Shown here piece by piece: positions 44,008-58,330 of a stretch of 64,000 nucleotides of DNA (its first letter is position 1; every line of letters begins with the position of its first letter). The position numbers and the translations under genes were made by a program. This DNA is from Alphaproteobacteria bacterium (GTDB lineage Bacteria; Desulfobacterota; Binatia; UBA12015). The notes beneath the pieces were generated by a model. The model worked only from the letters and a program-made list of their open reading frames with translations. It ran no database searches and was not told where the DNA came from. The stretch covers positions 960-64,959 of the forward strand of contig JAFMJW010000001.1 in the NCBI GenBank assembly GCA_017853315.1, written 5' to 3'.

Positions 44008-46425
44008 TCAGTCGGAGAACGCCCGGAGCTTCACCTTCCGGTTGACCTCGGGATTCGAGTAGGTCGCCTGCCAGCAGGCGCCGGCGCTCGACACGGCCTG
44101 CACGAGGATCGGAGGCACGAGGGGCAGTTCGGGCATCGGCAGGTTCGTGCCCAGCCCCGTCGCCCGCAGGGTGCCGGCGCCGCCGTCCGCGTCGAGTTTG
44201 AAGGCGTCGAGCCCGTCGGGCAGCGCGGTCGGGTCGCGGTACTGGAACCCGGTGTCGGTCGTCGTCCAGCAGGGCGACCCGCCGCAGTCGCCGCCCGCGA
44301 GCGCCTGCGCCCGGAGCACGAGTCGCGGCACGCCGCCCGCCTGGTCGAACACGCAGAGCGCGTAGTCCTCCTCGGCGGTCGGGTCGCCGAAGTCCGCGGC
44401 CGAGACGCCTGCGTCCGCCGACCACTTCCACAGCAGGGAGTCGAGCGCGTCGTTGCGGCGGTCGAGCAGCAGGAGTCGCGCGCCGCCCGGTCTCGCCGGC
44501 GCGCACGCGGGGCGCAGCCCCGGGGCGCAGCCGACCGCGGGGTCGCAGGTCTCGCAGGCCGTGCAGGTGACGGGCGCGCCGGTGCAGGCTCCGGCGACAC
44601 ACACGTCGCCGCTCGTGCAGGCGTCGTCGTCGCTGCAGCGCCGGCCGTCGGGCTTGAGTGCGTCGGCCGGACAGGCGGTGCTCGTCCCGTCGCAGCGCTC
44701 CTGGAGGTCGCAGGGGCCGGCCGCGGGCCGGCACGTGAAGTCCGCGGCTCGGAGCGCGTCGTCCGGGCAGCCGGGCGTCGCGCCGTCGCAGGCTTCCGCG
44801 ACGTCGCAGCCGCCGGCCGCGGGCCGGCACTCGGTCCCGGCCGTTTTCATCGCGTCGGCCGGACAGGCGGGCGAGGTGCCGCTGCACTTCTCGGCGACGT
44901 CGCAGGCGCCGGTCGAGGCGCGGCAGACGAAGCCCGAGACCGCGAACTTGTCGCTCGGGCAGGTGCGGCTCGAGCCGTTGCACGTCTCGGGAGCGTCGCA
45001 GGCGCCGGCCGCCGCTCGGCAGGTCGTGCCGGCGGCGCTCGGGGGATGGGTGCAGGCGCCGGCGCCGTCGCACACGTCGTTCGAGCAGGGCAGCCCGTCC
45101 GGGGAGCAGGCCGTGCCCGCCGTCGCGAAGCCGTCGGCCGGGCACGAGCCGGAGAGCCCGTCGCAGGTCTCGGCCACGTCGCACTCCGACGCCGCCGGCC
45201 GGCAGACCGAGCCCGTCGTGATCGCGCAGGCATTCGAGCAGCATCCGCTCGCCGCCCCGTTCGACGACCCCGCGTCGCAGGACTCGTCGCCGGCCGGCAC
45301 GCCGTCGCCGCAGATCCGGACGACGTTTTCGACCGGATCCTGGCCGCCCGTGGACGACGACTCGACCGGCGTGCAGCCCTTCGCGATCACGTGGGCGGCC
45401 GTGTTGTGGTGGGCGCCCACGAACGCGAAGCAGACGTCCGCGCCGGTGATCGTGCCGCCCTCGAAGGTGTTGTCGTGCGGGAAGCCCCACGGGCCGCCGT
45501 TCTCCTGCCAGCCTTCGAGCCGGAACCCGCGGTCGGTCGACTCGGTTCCATCGAAGGCGTTGTCGTGCGAGTCGCCGCGCAGGTGGACGAGACCCTGCAC
45601 GCGGTTGCCGGAGTAGGTGCCGCCCGAGGAGTTCTTGACGAACAGGCTCGCCTTGCCGGGCCCCGGGCTCTCGAGCACGTTGCCGGTCGCGACGACGCCC
45701 GCGGACGCGAGCACGTAGAGGTTCTCGGCGGCGTTGCCGCGCGAGACGTTGTCGACGATCTCGCTGCCGTCGGCGCCGGTGCCGACGTGGATCCCCTCGT
45801 CGCCGGTTCCCTCGACGAGGTTGCCCACGACGCGGCTCCCGAGCGTCGCGCCGGCGAGTTCGATGCCGTAGCGGAGGTTCGACGGCGTGACGTTGTCGAT
45901 CACGCGGTTGGCGCTGCCGCCGTCGACGCGGATGCCGCGGCCGAAGCCGGTCACGCGGCAGTTGCGGACCTCGGCCCCGACGGCGTCCGCGACCAGCACG
46001 CCCCAGGTCTCCTCGTCGCCGCCGACGGCACCCGTGATCGAGTGGCCGTCGCAGTCCAGCACTGCGCCCGAACCGAGCACGAGCCCCGTGTGGGGACAGT
46101 TGTCGACGTCGTCGACCAGTACGAGCGCGCCCGAGACCGACGAGCCGCAGAGCGCGTCCGGGAACGGGGTGGGCACCGGGGTCGCCGTCGGCACGGCCGT
46201 GGGCGAGGGCGTCGGAGCGGCGGTGGAAGTGGGCGTGGGCGTCGGAGCGGCCGTGGGCGTCGGCGTGGGCGTCGGGTCAGCCGTGGCCGTCGGCGTCGGG
46301 GCCGGCGTCGCCGTCGGCGTCGCGTCGAGTCCCGGGCTCCCGCCGACGGCGAGGACGGGCGCCGCGAAGCCGAGCGACAGCCAGGCCGCGAGCAGGACGA
46401 GAGAGGATGCCGACCGTCGGCGCAT
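44008..46425 (-). CDS. Secreted protein: signal peptide, PT linker, right-handed parallel beta-helix (pectin-lyase-like) domain, ~7 Myxococcales Cys-rich repeats, C-terminal domain
   Basis: ATG at 46425 (verified). SLVLLAAWLSLGFAAPVLA. PT-rich ATPTATPAPTPTATADPTPTPTP. NCRVTGFGRGIRV...NRVIDNV beta-helix rungs. Repeats such as CRPAASECDVAETCDGLSGSCPADG. Confidence 0.7.
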   Translation of the reverse strand: MRRRSASSLVLLAAWLSLGFAAPVLAVGGSPGLDATPTATPAPTPTATADPTPTPTPTAAPTPTPTSTAAPTPSPTAVPTATPVPTPFPDALCGSSVSGALVLVDDVDNCPHTGLVLGSGAVLDCDGHSITGAVGGDEETWGVLVADAVGAEVRNCRVTGFGRGIRVDGGSANRVIDNVTPSNLRYGIELAGATLGSRVVGNLVEGTGDEGIHVGTGADGSEIVDNVSRGNAAENLYVLASAGVVATGNVLESPGPGKASLFVKNSSGGTYSGNRVQGLVHLRGDSHDNAFDGTESTDRGFRLEGWQENGGPWGFPHDNTFEGGTITGADVCFAFVGAHHNTAAHVIAKGCTPVESSSTGGQDPVENVVRICGDGVPAGDESCDAGSSNGAASGCCSNACAITTGSVCRPAASECDVAETCDGLSGSCPADGFATAGTACSPDGLPCSNDVCDGAGACTHPPSAAGTTCRAAAGACDAPETCNGSSRTCPSDKFAVSGFVCRASTGACDVAEKCSGTSPACPADAMKTAGTECRPAAGGCDVAEACDGATPGCPDDALRAADFTCRPAAGPCDLQERCDGTSTACPADALKPDGRRCSDDDACTSGDVCVAGACTGAPVTCTACETCDPAVGCAPGLRPACAPARPGGARLLLLDRRNDALDSLLWKWSADAGVSAADFGDPTAEEDYALCVFDQAGGVPRLVLRAQALAGGDCGGSPCWTTTDTGFQYRDPTALPDGLDAFKLDADGGAGTLRATGLGTNLPMPELPLVPPILVQAVSSAGACWQATYSNPEVNRKVKLRAFSD
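46150..46325 (-). repeat. PT-linker-encoding low-complexity repeat
   Basis: Periodic ggcgtcgg / gccgtggg units encoding TPTPTATP... Confidence 0.6.
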
Positions 46426-46560
46426 GCGGGTTCCGCGGGCGATGCCCGTCGCGGGGGGCCGCCCGTCCCGCGAAGACTATCGCCTGTCGCCCCCTCGCGC
46501 ACCGGGGAAATTCCCGATGGCGGTTGCCTCCCAGCCCCCGGACGGCCACGCTCCGACGCC

Positions 46561-47451
46561 ATGGCCCTGCCGGATTGCCGCCTCCACGCGTTCCCGGAAG
46601 GGCTCGCCTTCGCCCGCGCGCTCGGGCGGGCTTCGGGGGCCGGAGTGCGGGCCGTCGATCTCCACCGCTTCCCCGACGGCGAGAGCCTCGTGCGCGTGCG
46701 CGCTCCGGCGGGCCGCGATGCGGTCGTCGTGCGCCCGCTCGATGCGCCGAACGAGCGGCTGGTCGAGGTCGTCCTCGCGGCCGACGCGCTCCGCCGCGCC
46801 GGGGCCCGCCGCGTCACGCTGGTCGCTCCCTACCTCTCCTACATGCGCCAGGACGCCGTCTTCCACGCCGGCGAGCCGATCTCGCAGCGGGCGGTCGCGG
46901 CGATGCTGGGCGGAGCCTTCGACCGGGTGCTGACCGTCGAGGCGCACCTCCACCGCATCCGGTCGCTGGCGCAGGTGTTCCCGGTGCCCGCGCTCTCGGT
47001 GTCCGCCGCCCCGGCGATCGGCCGCTGGATCCTGCGCTCGGGGGGCGGCGGCGACGACACGGTGCTGGTCGGGCCGGACGAGGAGTCCGCGGCCTCGCTG
47101 CAGGCGGTCGCCCGGGCCGCGGGCGGGTTGCGCTGGGTCGTCGGTCGCAAGGTCCGCCGCGGCGACCGCGAGGTGCGCGTGACGCTGCCCCGCGTCCGCG
47201 CGGACCGCGCGGTCGTCGTCGACGACGTCGCGAGCAGCGGCCGCACGATCGCGGCGGCGGCGGAGCGATTGCTGGGCTCCGGCGTGCATCGCGTGGACGC
47301 GGTCGTCGTCCACGCCGTGTTCGCGCGCGGGGCCCTCGCGGCGCTTCGCTCCTCGGGCGTCGGCCGGGTCGTCTCCTGCGACACGATCGTCCACCGCACG
47401 AACGCGATCCCGGTCGCGGGACTGCTGGCGCCGCACCTCGGCCCGGCCTAG
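46561..47451 (+). CDS. Ribose-phosphate pyrophosphokinase family protein (Prs-like phosphoribosyltransferase fold)
   Basis: ATG at 46561. PRPP-binding VVVDDVASSGRTI, N-terminal Pribosyltran_N-like. Shorter and more divergent than canonical Prs. Confidence 0.65.
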   Translation: MALPDCRLHAFPEGLAFARALGRASGAGVRAVDLHRFPDGESLVRVRAPAGRDAVVVRPLDAPNERLVEVVLAADALRRAGARRVTLVAPYLSYMRQDAVFHAGEPISQRAVAAMLGGAFDRVLTVEAHLHRIRSLAQVFPVPALSVSAAPAIGRWILRSGGGGDDTVLVGPDEESAASLQAVARAAGGLRWVVGRKVRRGDREVRVTLPRVRADRAVVVDDVASSGRTIAAAAERLLGSGVHRVDAVVVHAVFARGALAALRSSGVGRVVSCDTIVHRTNAIPVAGLLAPHLGPA

Positions 47452-47460
47452 GAGGGGGGG

Positions 47461-48978
47461 GTGGGAAAGGCCGGCTTCCGCATCCGCCACCTGCAGCTCG
47501 ACACGCAGCGCGAGCACATCGTCGTCGTCCACGAGGCGGCGGTGCGCGAGGGCGACCTCGGCTTCAAGCCGCTCGACCGGGTGGTCGTCCTCGGGACCGA
47601 CCCGGCCACGGGCGAGCGCCGCGAGGTGACGGCCGTCCTGAACTTCTGCCGGGACGAGATCCTGCGACCGAGCGAGATCGGGCTCACCGACGAGGTCTTC
47701 GCCGACCTGGGCCTGCCCGAGGGGACCGAGATCAGCGCGACCCTCGCGCCCGCGCTGAAGAGCCTCGACCGCGTCCGCGACAAGCTCTCCGGCCGCCGTC
47801 TCGACCGCGCGGCCTTCGACGCGATCCTCTCCGACGTCGTCCGTCATCGCTACTCGAAGGTCGAGCTCACGATGTTCGTCCTCTCCTGCTCGATGCGACC
47901 GCTCGACCTCGAGGAAGTGGTCGACTTCACGCGCGCGATGATCGCGGCCGGCAACCGGCTCGACTTCGGCGCGGGTCCGATCGCCGACAAGCACTGCGTC
48001 GGCGGGGTGCCGGGGCACCGCACGACGATGCTCGTCGTGCCGATCCTGGTCTCGCTCGGGCTCCGCGTGCCCAAGACCTCCTCGCGTGCGATCACGAGCC
48101 CGGCCGGCACCGCGGACACGATGGAGATGCTCGCCGACGTCTCGCTCGGCGCCGAGCGCATGCACCGCGTGGTGGAGCGCGCGGGCGGCTGCATCGCGTG
48201 GGGCGGTGCGCTCGACCTCGCCCCCGCCGACGACATCCTGATCACCGTCGAACGACCGATGGAGATGGACACCGAGGCGCAGATGGTCGCCTCGATCCTC
48301 GCCAAGAAGAAGACCGCCGGTGCGACCCACGCCCTGCTGGACCTGCCCGTCGGGCCGACCGCCAAGATCCGGACGCGGGAGGCTGCCGACCGTCTCGCGG
48401 AGCTCTTCCGCCAGGTCGGTCGCGCCGTCGACCTCGCGCTCGACGTCGTCGTCACCGAGGCGCGCGGCCCGATCGGCCGGGGCATCGGCCCGCGGTTCGA
48501 GGCGCTCGACGTGCTCTCCGTGCTGCGACGCGAGCCCGGTGCGCCCGCCGACCTGCGGGAGAAGTCGCTGTTCCTCGCCGGCCGCCTGCTCGAGCACGTG
48601 GGCGCGGTCGACCCGACCCGCGGCTACCGCGCGGCGCAGGAGGCGCTCGACTCGGGCGCGGCGGAGCGCGCCTTCGACGCGATCGTCGACCTGCAGGGCC
48701 GCCGCGAGCTGCCGGGGCCGCCGCCCTGGTCCTGGGTGTTCGAGGCGCCGGCCGACGGCCGCATCCGCGAGATCGACTGCTGGCACGTCGCCCGGGTCGC
48801 GAAGCACGCCGGCGCGCCCGCGAATCCGACGGCCGGAGTCCGGCTCCTGCGCACCGTCGGCGACGTCGTGTCGCGGGGGGAGCCGCTGTTCGAGATCCAC
48901 GCGCAGAGCGAGGCGCAGCTCGCGTTCGCCCGCGGGTACGCGGAGGCGCACCGGGGCCTCGTGTCGTTCGGGTTCTGA
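47461..48978 (+). CDS. Thymidine phosphorylase / AMP phosphorylase family protein (DeoA-like)
   Basis: Glycosyl-transferase family 3 motifs DKHCVGGVPGHRTTMLVVPI, SSRAITSPAGTADTME, and a C-terminal PYNP_C-like domain. GTG start 10 nt after the prs-like stop. Confidence 0.75.
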   Translation: MGKAGFRIRHLQLDTQREHIVVVHEAAVREGDLGFKPLDRVVVLGTDPATGERREVTAVLNFCRDEILRPSEIGLTDEVFADLGLPEGTEISATLAPALKSLDRVRDKLSGRRLDRAAFDAILSDVVRHRYSKVELTMFVLSCSMRPLDLEEVVDFTRAMIAAGNRLDFGAGPIADKHCVGGVPGHRTTMLVVPILVSLGLRVPKTSSRAITSPAGTADTMEMLADVSLGAERMHRVVERAGGCIAWGGALDLAPADDILITVERPMEMDTEAQMVASILAKKKTAGATHALLDLPVGPTAKIRTREAADRLAELFRQVGRAVDLALDVVVTEARGPIGRGIGPRFEALDVLSVLRREPGAPADLREKSLFLAGRLLEHVGAVDPTRGYRAAQEALDSGAAERAFDAIVDLQGRRELPGPPPWSWVFEAPADGRIREIDCWHVARVAKHAGAPANPTAGVRLLRTVGDVVSRGEPLFEIHAQSEAQLAFARGYAEAHRGLVSFGF

Positions 48979-49027
48979 GCGTCGAGCCGGCGTCGTCGCC
49001 GCGAGGGCGAGGCGTCCCGGCTCCGCG

Positions 49028-50041
49028 TCAGACGACGCCCGCGCGCAGGAGCTCCTGGAGGTGCAGCACGCCCTCGGGCCGCCCCTCGGGGTCGACCACG
49101 AACAGCGCGCTGATCGCGTGCTCCTCCATGAGCGCGAGCGCCTGCTCCGCGAGCGCGTCGGCGCCGATCGTCTTCGGTCCGCGCGACATGAGCTGGCGCA
49201 CGGCGAGCGAGCGCAGGTCGCCGTGCGACTGGATCGCGCGGCGCAGGTCGCCGTCGGTCACCGCGCCGACCAGGAGTCCCGCGCCGTCGACCACCGAGGT
49301 GATCCCGAGGCCCTTCGCGGACATCTCCCGGATCGCCTCGGGCAGCGGCGTGTCCTCGCGGACGACCGGAAGCCGCTCGCCCGCGCGCATCAGCTCGCGC
49401 ACCCGCATCAGGCGGCGGCCGAGCACGCCGCCGGGGTGGAGGCTCGCGAAGTCCTCGTCGCGGAAGCCGCGACGTTCCAGCAGGGCGACGGCGAGCGCGT
49501 CTCCGAGGGCGAGCGTGGCCGTCGTGCTGGCGGTCGGCGCGAGACCGAGCGGGCAGGCCTCCTCCGAGACGCCGGCGTCGAGCACGACGTCGGCGCCGCG
49601 CGCGAGCGTCGAGCCCGGGTCGCCGCAGATCGCGACCACCGGCAGCCCCAGCCGCCGCGCGGGCGGCAGGAGGGCGAGCAGTTCCGGGTTGCGCCCGCTG
49701 TTCGAGACCGCGAGCAGGACGTCCTCGCGGGCGAGCATGCCCATGTCGCCGTGGAGCCCTTCGGCCGCGTGCAGGAAGAGCGCCGGCGTGCCGGTCGACG
49801 CGAGCGTCGCCGCGATCTTGCGACAGACGATCCCCGACTTGCCGAGCCCGCTCACGACCACCTTGCCGCGGCAGGCGAGCAGCAGGTCGACCGCGCGCGA
49901 GAAGCTCTCGCCGAGTCGCTCGCCGACCTCGCGGACCGCGCGGGCCTCGATCTCGAGGACGCGGCGCGCGACCCGGAGGTCGGCCTCGCCGCCTCCTTCG
50001 GTCGCCCGTCCGGCGGGCTTCGCCTCCGGTCCGGAGCTCAC
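49028..50041 (-). CDS. kdsD: Arabinose-5-phosphate isomerase (SIS + tandem CBS), KpsF/GutQ family
   Basis: GTG at 50041 (verified; GTGA overlap with the kdsA stop). VVVSGLGKSGIVCRKIAATLASTGTPALFLH, two CBS domains. Confidence 0.85.
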   Translation of the reverse strand: MSSGPEAKPAGRATEGGGEADLRVARRVLEIEARAVREVGERLGESFSRAVDLLLACRGKVVVSGLGKSGIVCRKIAATLASTGTPALFLHAAEGLHGDMGMLAREDVLLAVSNSGRNPELLALLPPARRLGLPVVAICGDPGSTLARGADVVLDAGVSEEACPLGLAPTASTTATLALGDALAVALLERRGFRDEDFASLHPGGVLGRRLMRVRELMRAGERLPVVREDTPLPEAIREMSAKGLGITSVVDGAGLLVGAVTDGDLRRAIQSHGDLRSLAVRQLMSRGPKTIGADALAEQALALMEEHAISALFVVDPEGRPEGVLHLQELLRAGVV

Positions 50042-50895
50042 GCGCCTTCCCGTCGCCCGGTGGTCGCGCGCAGCGCCTCGTCGACCGCCCGGACGGAGTC
50101 GACGAGCTCGCCGAAGCGCGCGAGCGGCCACGAGGTGGCCGCGTCGGAGAGCGCGCGGTCGGGGTCCTCGTGGACTTCGAGGAAGAGCGCATCGATCCCG
50201 ACCGCGGCGGCCGCGCGCGCGAGCGCGGGCACGAACTCGCGCTGCCCGCCCGAGGCCGAGCCGGCGCCGCCGGGCAGCTGCACGCTGTGGGTCGCGTCGA
50301 ACACGACCGGGCAGCCGGTCTCCGCGAGCACGACCAGCGAGCGCATGTCGGAGACCAGGTTCTGGTAGCCGAAGCTCGCGCCGCGCTCGGTGACCAGCAC
50401 GTCGCGGTTGCCGGTCGCCACCGCCTTCGAGACGACGTGCACCATCTCCCACGGCGAGAGGAACTGGCCCTTCTTCAGGTTGATCGGCTTGCCGCCGCGG
50501 GCGACCGCGGTGACGAAGTCGGTCTGCCGGCACAGGAAGGCCGGGGTCTGGAGCAGGTCGGCGACCTCGGCGACGGCCGCGACGTCCTCCTTCTCGTGCA
50601 CGTCGGTCACGATCGGCAGCCCGGTCGCGTCGCGCACCGCGGCGAGGATCGCGAGCCCCTCGTCGCGGCCGGGGCCGCGGAACGAAGAGACCGAGGTCCG
50701 GTTCGCCTTGTCGAAGGACGACTTGAAGACGAGCGGCAGGCCGCGCGCGCGGGCGAGCGCGGCGAGCGCGTCGGCGTGGCGCAGCGCCGAGTCGCGGCTC
50801 TCGATCACGCAGGGGCCGGCGAGCACCACGAGCGGCGCTCCGCCGCCGACGGGGATGCCGCCGACGCGGACCGTCTCGCTCGCCGGGGACGGCAC
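50038..50895 (-). CDS. kdsA: 3-deoxy-8-phosphooctulonate synthase
   Basis: LVVLAGPCVIES, FKSSFDKANRTS, DVHE, FDATHSVQLPGG, LFLEVHEDPD. Confidence 0.9.
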   Translation of the reverse strand: MPSPASETVRVGGIPVGGGAPLVVLAGPCVIESRDSALRHADALAALARARGLPLVFKSSFDKANRTSVSSFRGPGRDEGLAILAAVRDATGLPIVTDVHEKEDVAAVAEVADLLQTPAFLCRQTDFVTAVARGGKPINLKKGQFLSPWEMVHVVSKAVATGNRDVLVTERGASFGYQNLVSDMRSLVVLAETGCPVVFDATHSVQLPGGAGSASGGQREFVPALARAAAAVGIDALFLEVHEDPDRALSDAATSWPLARFGELVDSVRAVDEALRATTGRREGA

Positions 50896-50899
50896 CCGG

Positions 50900-53354
<2,455 letters not shown>

Positions 53355-53553
53355 CGAAGACGCCGTCCTTCCTGAAGTCGGACCGATCCGGAAAGGGCCC
53401 CTCGGTGAATCCGCGGGGCACGACTTCGGACCATCCCTTTAGGGGAGCCTCGACCGGCGTGTCAACGAGACGGCCGCGACCCGAGGGCCGCGGCCGCGGA
53501 CCTTCGGGTCGCGGCCGTGACTCCGCCGAGCCGGAGCATTAGGGTCGAAGCCG
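53355..53553. promoter_or_regulatory. Divergent intergenic region between kdsB (-) and the copper ATPase gene (+)
   Basis: 199-nt gap. The small ORF 53439..53705 inside it is judged spurious. Confidence 0.25.
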
Positions 53554-55938
<2,385 letters not shown>

Positions 55939-56019
55939 CGAAGTCGTCCCTTCGCGCTGATCCGTTTCTTTACGGCCCTCGGGCGTTTTGGTATCGAAAT
56001 TGCGTGTCGGAGGGGCAGG

Positions 56020-56688
56020 TTGAGACGACGCCGGGCTAGGGGTGCGCTGATCGCCGGCGTCACCCTCGCGCTCGCCTCCCTGGGCTACGTGCTCGGGCGC
56101 ACGATGGTGTCCCGGCAGCAGGCGGTTTCCGCTCCCCCGCTCGGGGACATCCCGACCGAGGTTTCCCAGCGGATCAGCGACTTTCGCAGGGTCAAGGTGA
56201 AGGACGGGCGCAAGGTGTGGGAACTGGTCGCCCGGGAGGCCGACGTGAAGGGGGACCGGACGGTGGTGGAGGTCGAGGCGCCGTCGGTCGCGTTCTTCGC
56301 CGAGGATGGCCGCGCCGTCGAGGTCAAGGGCGCCAGGGGCCTCGTCCACCTCGACGGCAGCAACGTCGAGAAGATCGAGCTCGGAGGCGGGATCGAGGTC
56401 CGGGTCGGCGACTACGTCGTCCGGACCGACGAGGCCGTCTACGTCCAGGCCGAGGACTCGGTCACCTCGCCCGGCAAGGTCCGGGTCGAGGGTTCGGAGA
56501 TCGCCCTCGAGGGCGACGGGCTGGTCATCGAGCTCGCCCGGCAGCGCCTGCGCTTCCTGCGCGGCGTGACCACCAGCATGCGCCCCGGAAGCGAGGCCGG
56601 CGGGCTCGGCCTCGACGGCCGTTCCCCGGGGACGGCGGTCTCGGGAGCCGGCGCGCCGGCGGAGAAGCAGCTTGCGCCGCCGCTCTGA
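56020..56688 (+). CDS. lptC: LPS export system protein LptC
   Basis: TTG at 56020 with GGAGGGG 5 nt upstream. Single N-terminal TM then an OstA-like fold. Positional homolog upstream of lptA-lptB-rpoN. Confidence 0.65.
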   Translation: MRRRRARGALIAGVTLALASLGYVLGRTMVSRQQAVSAPPLGDIPTEVSQRISDFRRVKVKDGRKVWELVAREADVKGDRTVVEVEAPSVAFFAEDGRAVEVKGARGLVHLDGSNVEKIELGGGIEVRVGDYVVRTDEAVYVQAEDSVTSPGKVRVEGSEIALEGDGLVIELARQRLRFLRGVTTSMRPGSEAGGLGLDGRSPGTAVSGAGAPAEKQLAPPL

Positions 56689-57492
56689 GCGCCGCGGTGC
56701 CGGGGCCAGGCGCCGCGCGGTCGCCCTGGCGATGCTCGTCGCGAGCGCGGCCGTGCCGTGCCGCGCCGAGCCCGTTCCGTCGCCCTCGCCCGGGCGCAGC
56801 GGCGCTTCCACGGCGGGGGCCGGCTTCGACCCCGTGGGACAGCTCTCGCTCGGGTCGGGCAAGGACCCGATCCTCATCTCCGCCGACCAACTCGACTTCG
56901 ACTGGCAGAACAACAAGGTCGTCTACCGCGGCAAGGTGCACGCGACGCAGGGCGATCTCGTCATCGACAGCGACACCCTGACGATCAACTTCCTGCGACC
57001 CGAGGGCAAGGCCGCCGAGGGCGGGGGATCGACCGGGCGGCGCGACGCGAAGGACGGTGCGAGCCGGGCCGCGGCAACGGGCGACGGAGGAGACGGGAAG
57101 GCCCCGGCAGGAGAGGCGAAGGGGCCGGGCGGCGAGGGCGTCCCGCGACGCGCGCCGACGCTGCGCGACGTGGTCGCCGAGGGCCACGTGGTGATCACGC
57201 AGAAAGGGCGTCGCGCGACCGGCGGCATCGCCGTCTTCTCGCAGCAGATGCGCCAGCTCGTGCTGGGCGGCGACCCCGTGCTGCGCGACGGCCCCAACGA
57301 GGTGACCGGCGACCGGATCGTCGTCTACATCGACGAGGGCCGCAGCGTCGTCGAGTCGAGCGGCTCGAAGCGCGTGTCCGCGGTCCTCTACCCGGGCAGC
57401 GAGAAGGGGCTCGGTGGGAAGGCGATCGGCGCCGAGGCGAAGGCCGAGCCGGGGGTGAAGCCCGCGGAGAAGGCGTCCCCGGGAGGCCCCCG

Positions 57493-57496
<4 letters not shown>
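56672..57496 (+). CDS. lptA: LPS transport periplasmic protein LptA (OstA-like)
   Basis: Signal [53 protein letters not shown] and [17 protein letters not shown] OstA motifs. Start is TTG at 56672 or ATG at 56732. Confidence 0.75.
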
Positions 57497-58323
<827 letters not shown>

Positions 58324-58330
58324 GGCGTCG

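Noticed and set aside
42158-47451. Long plus-strand ORFs 42158..44062 and 43867..47451 (1194 aa)
   Set aside because: Only the 3' end of the latter (46561..47451) has Prs-family motifs. The rest is antisense to the beta-helix / Cys-repeat gene or out of frame with the sialidase-like gene.
48978-49028. Possible convergent terminator between the phosphorylase gene and kdsD
   Set aside because: Only an imperfect 7-bp inverted repeat (gagccgg...ccggctc) with a long, poorly paired interior. Too weak to call.
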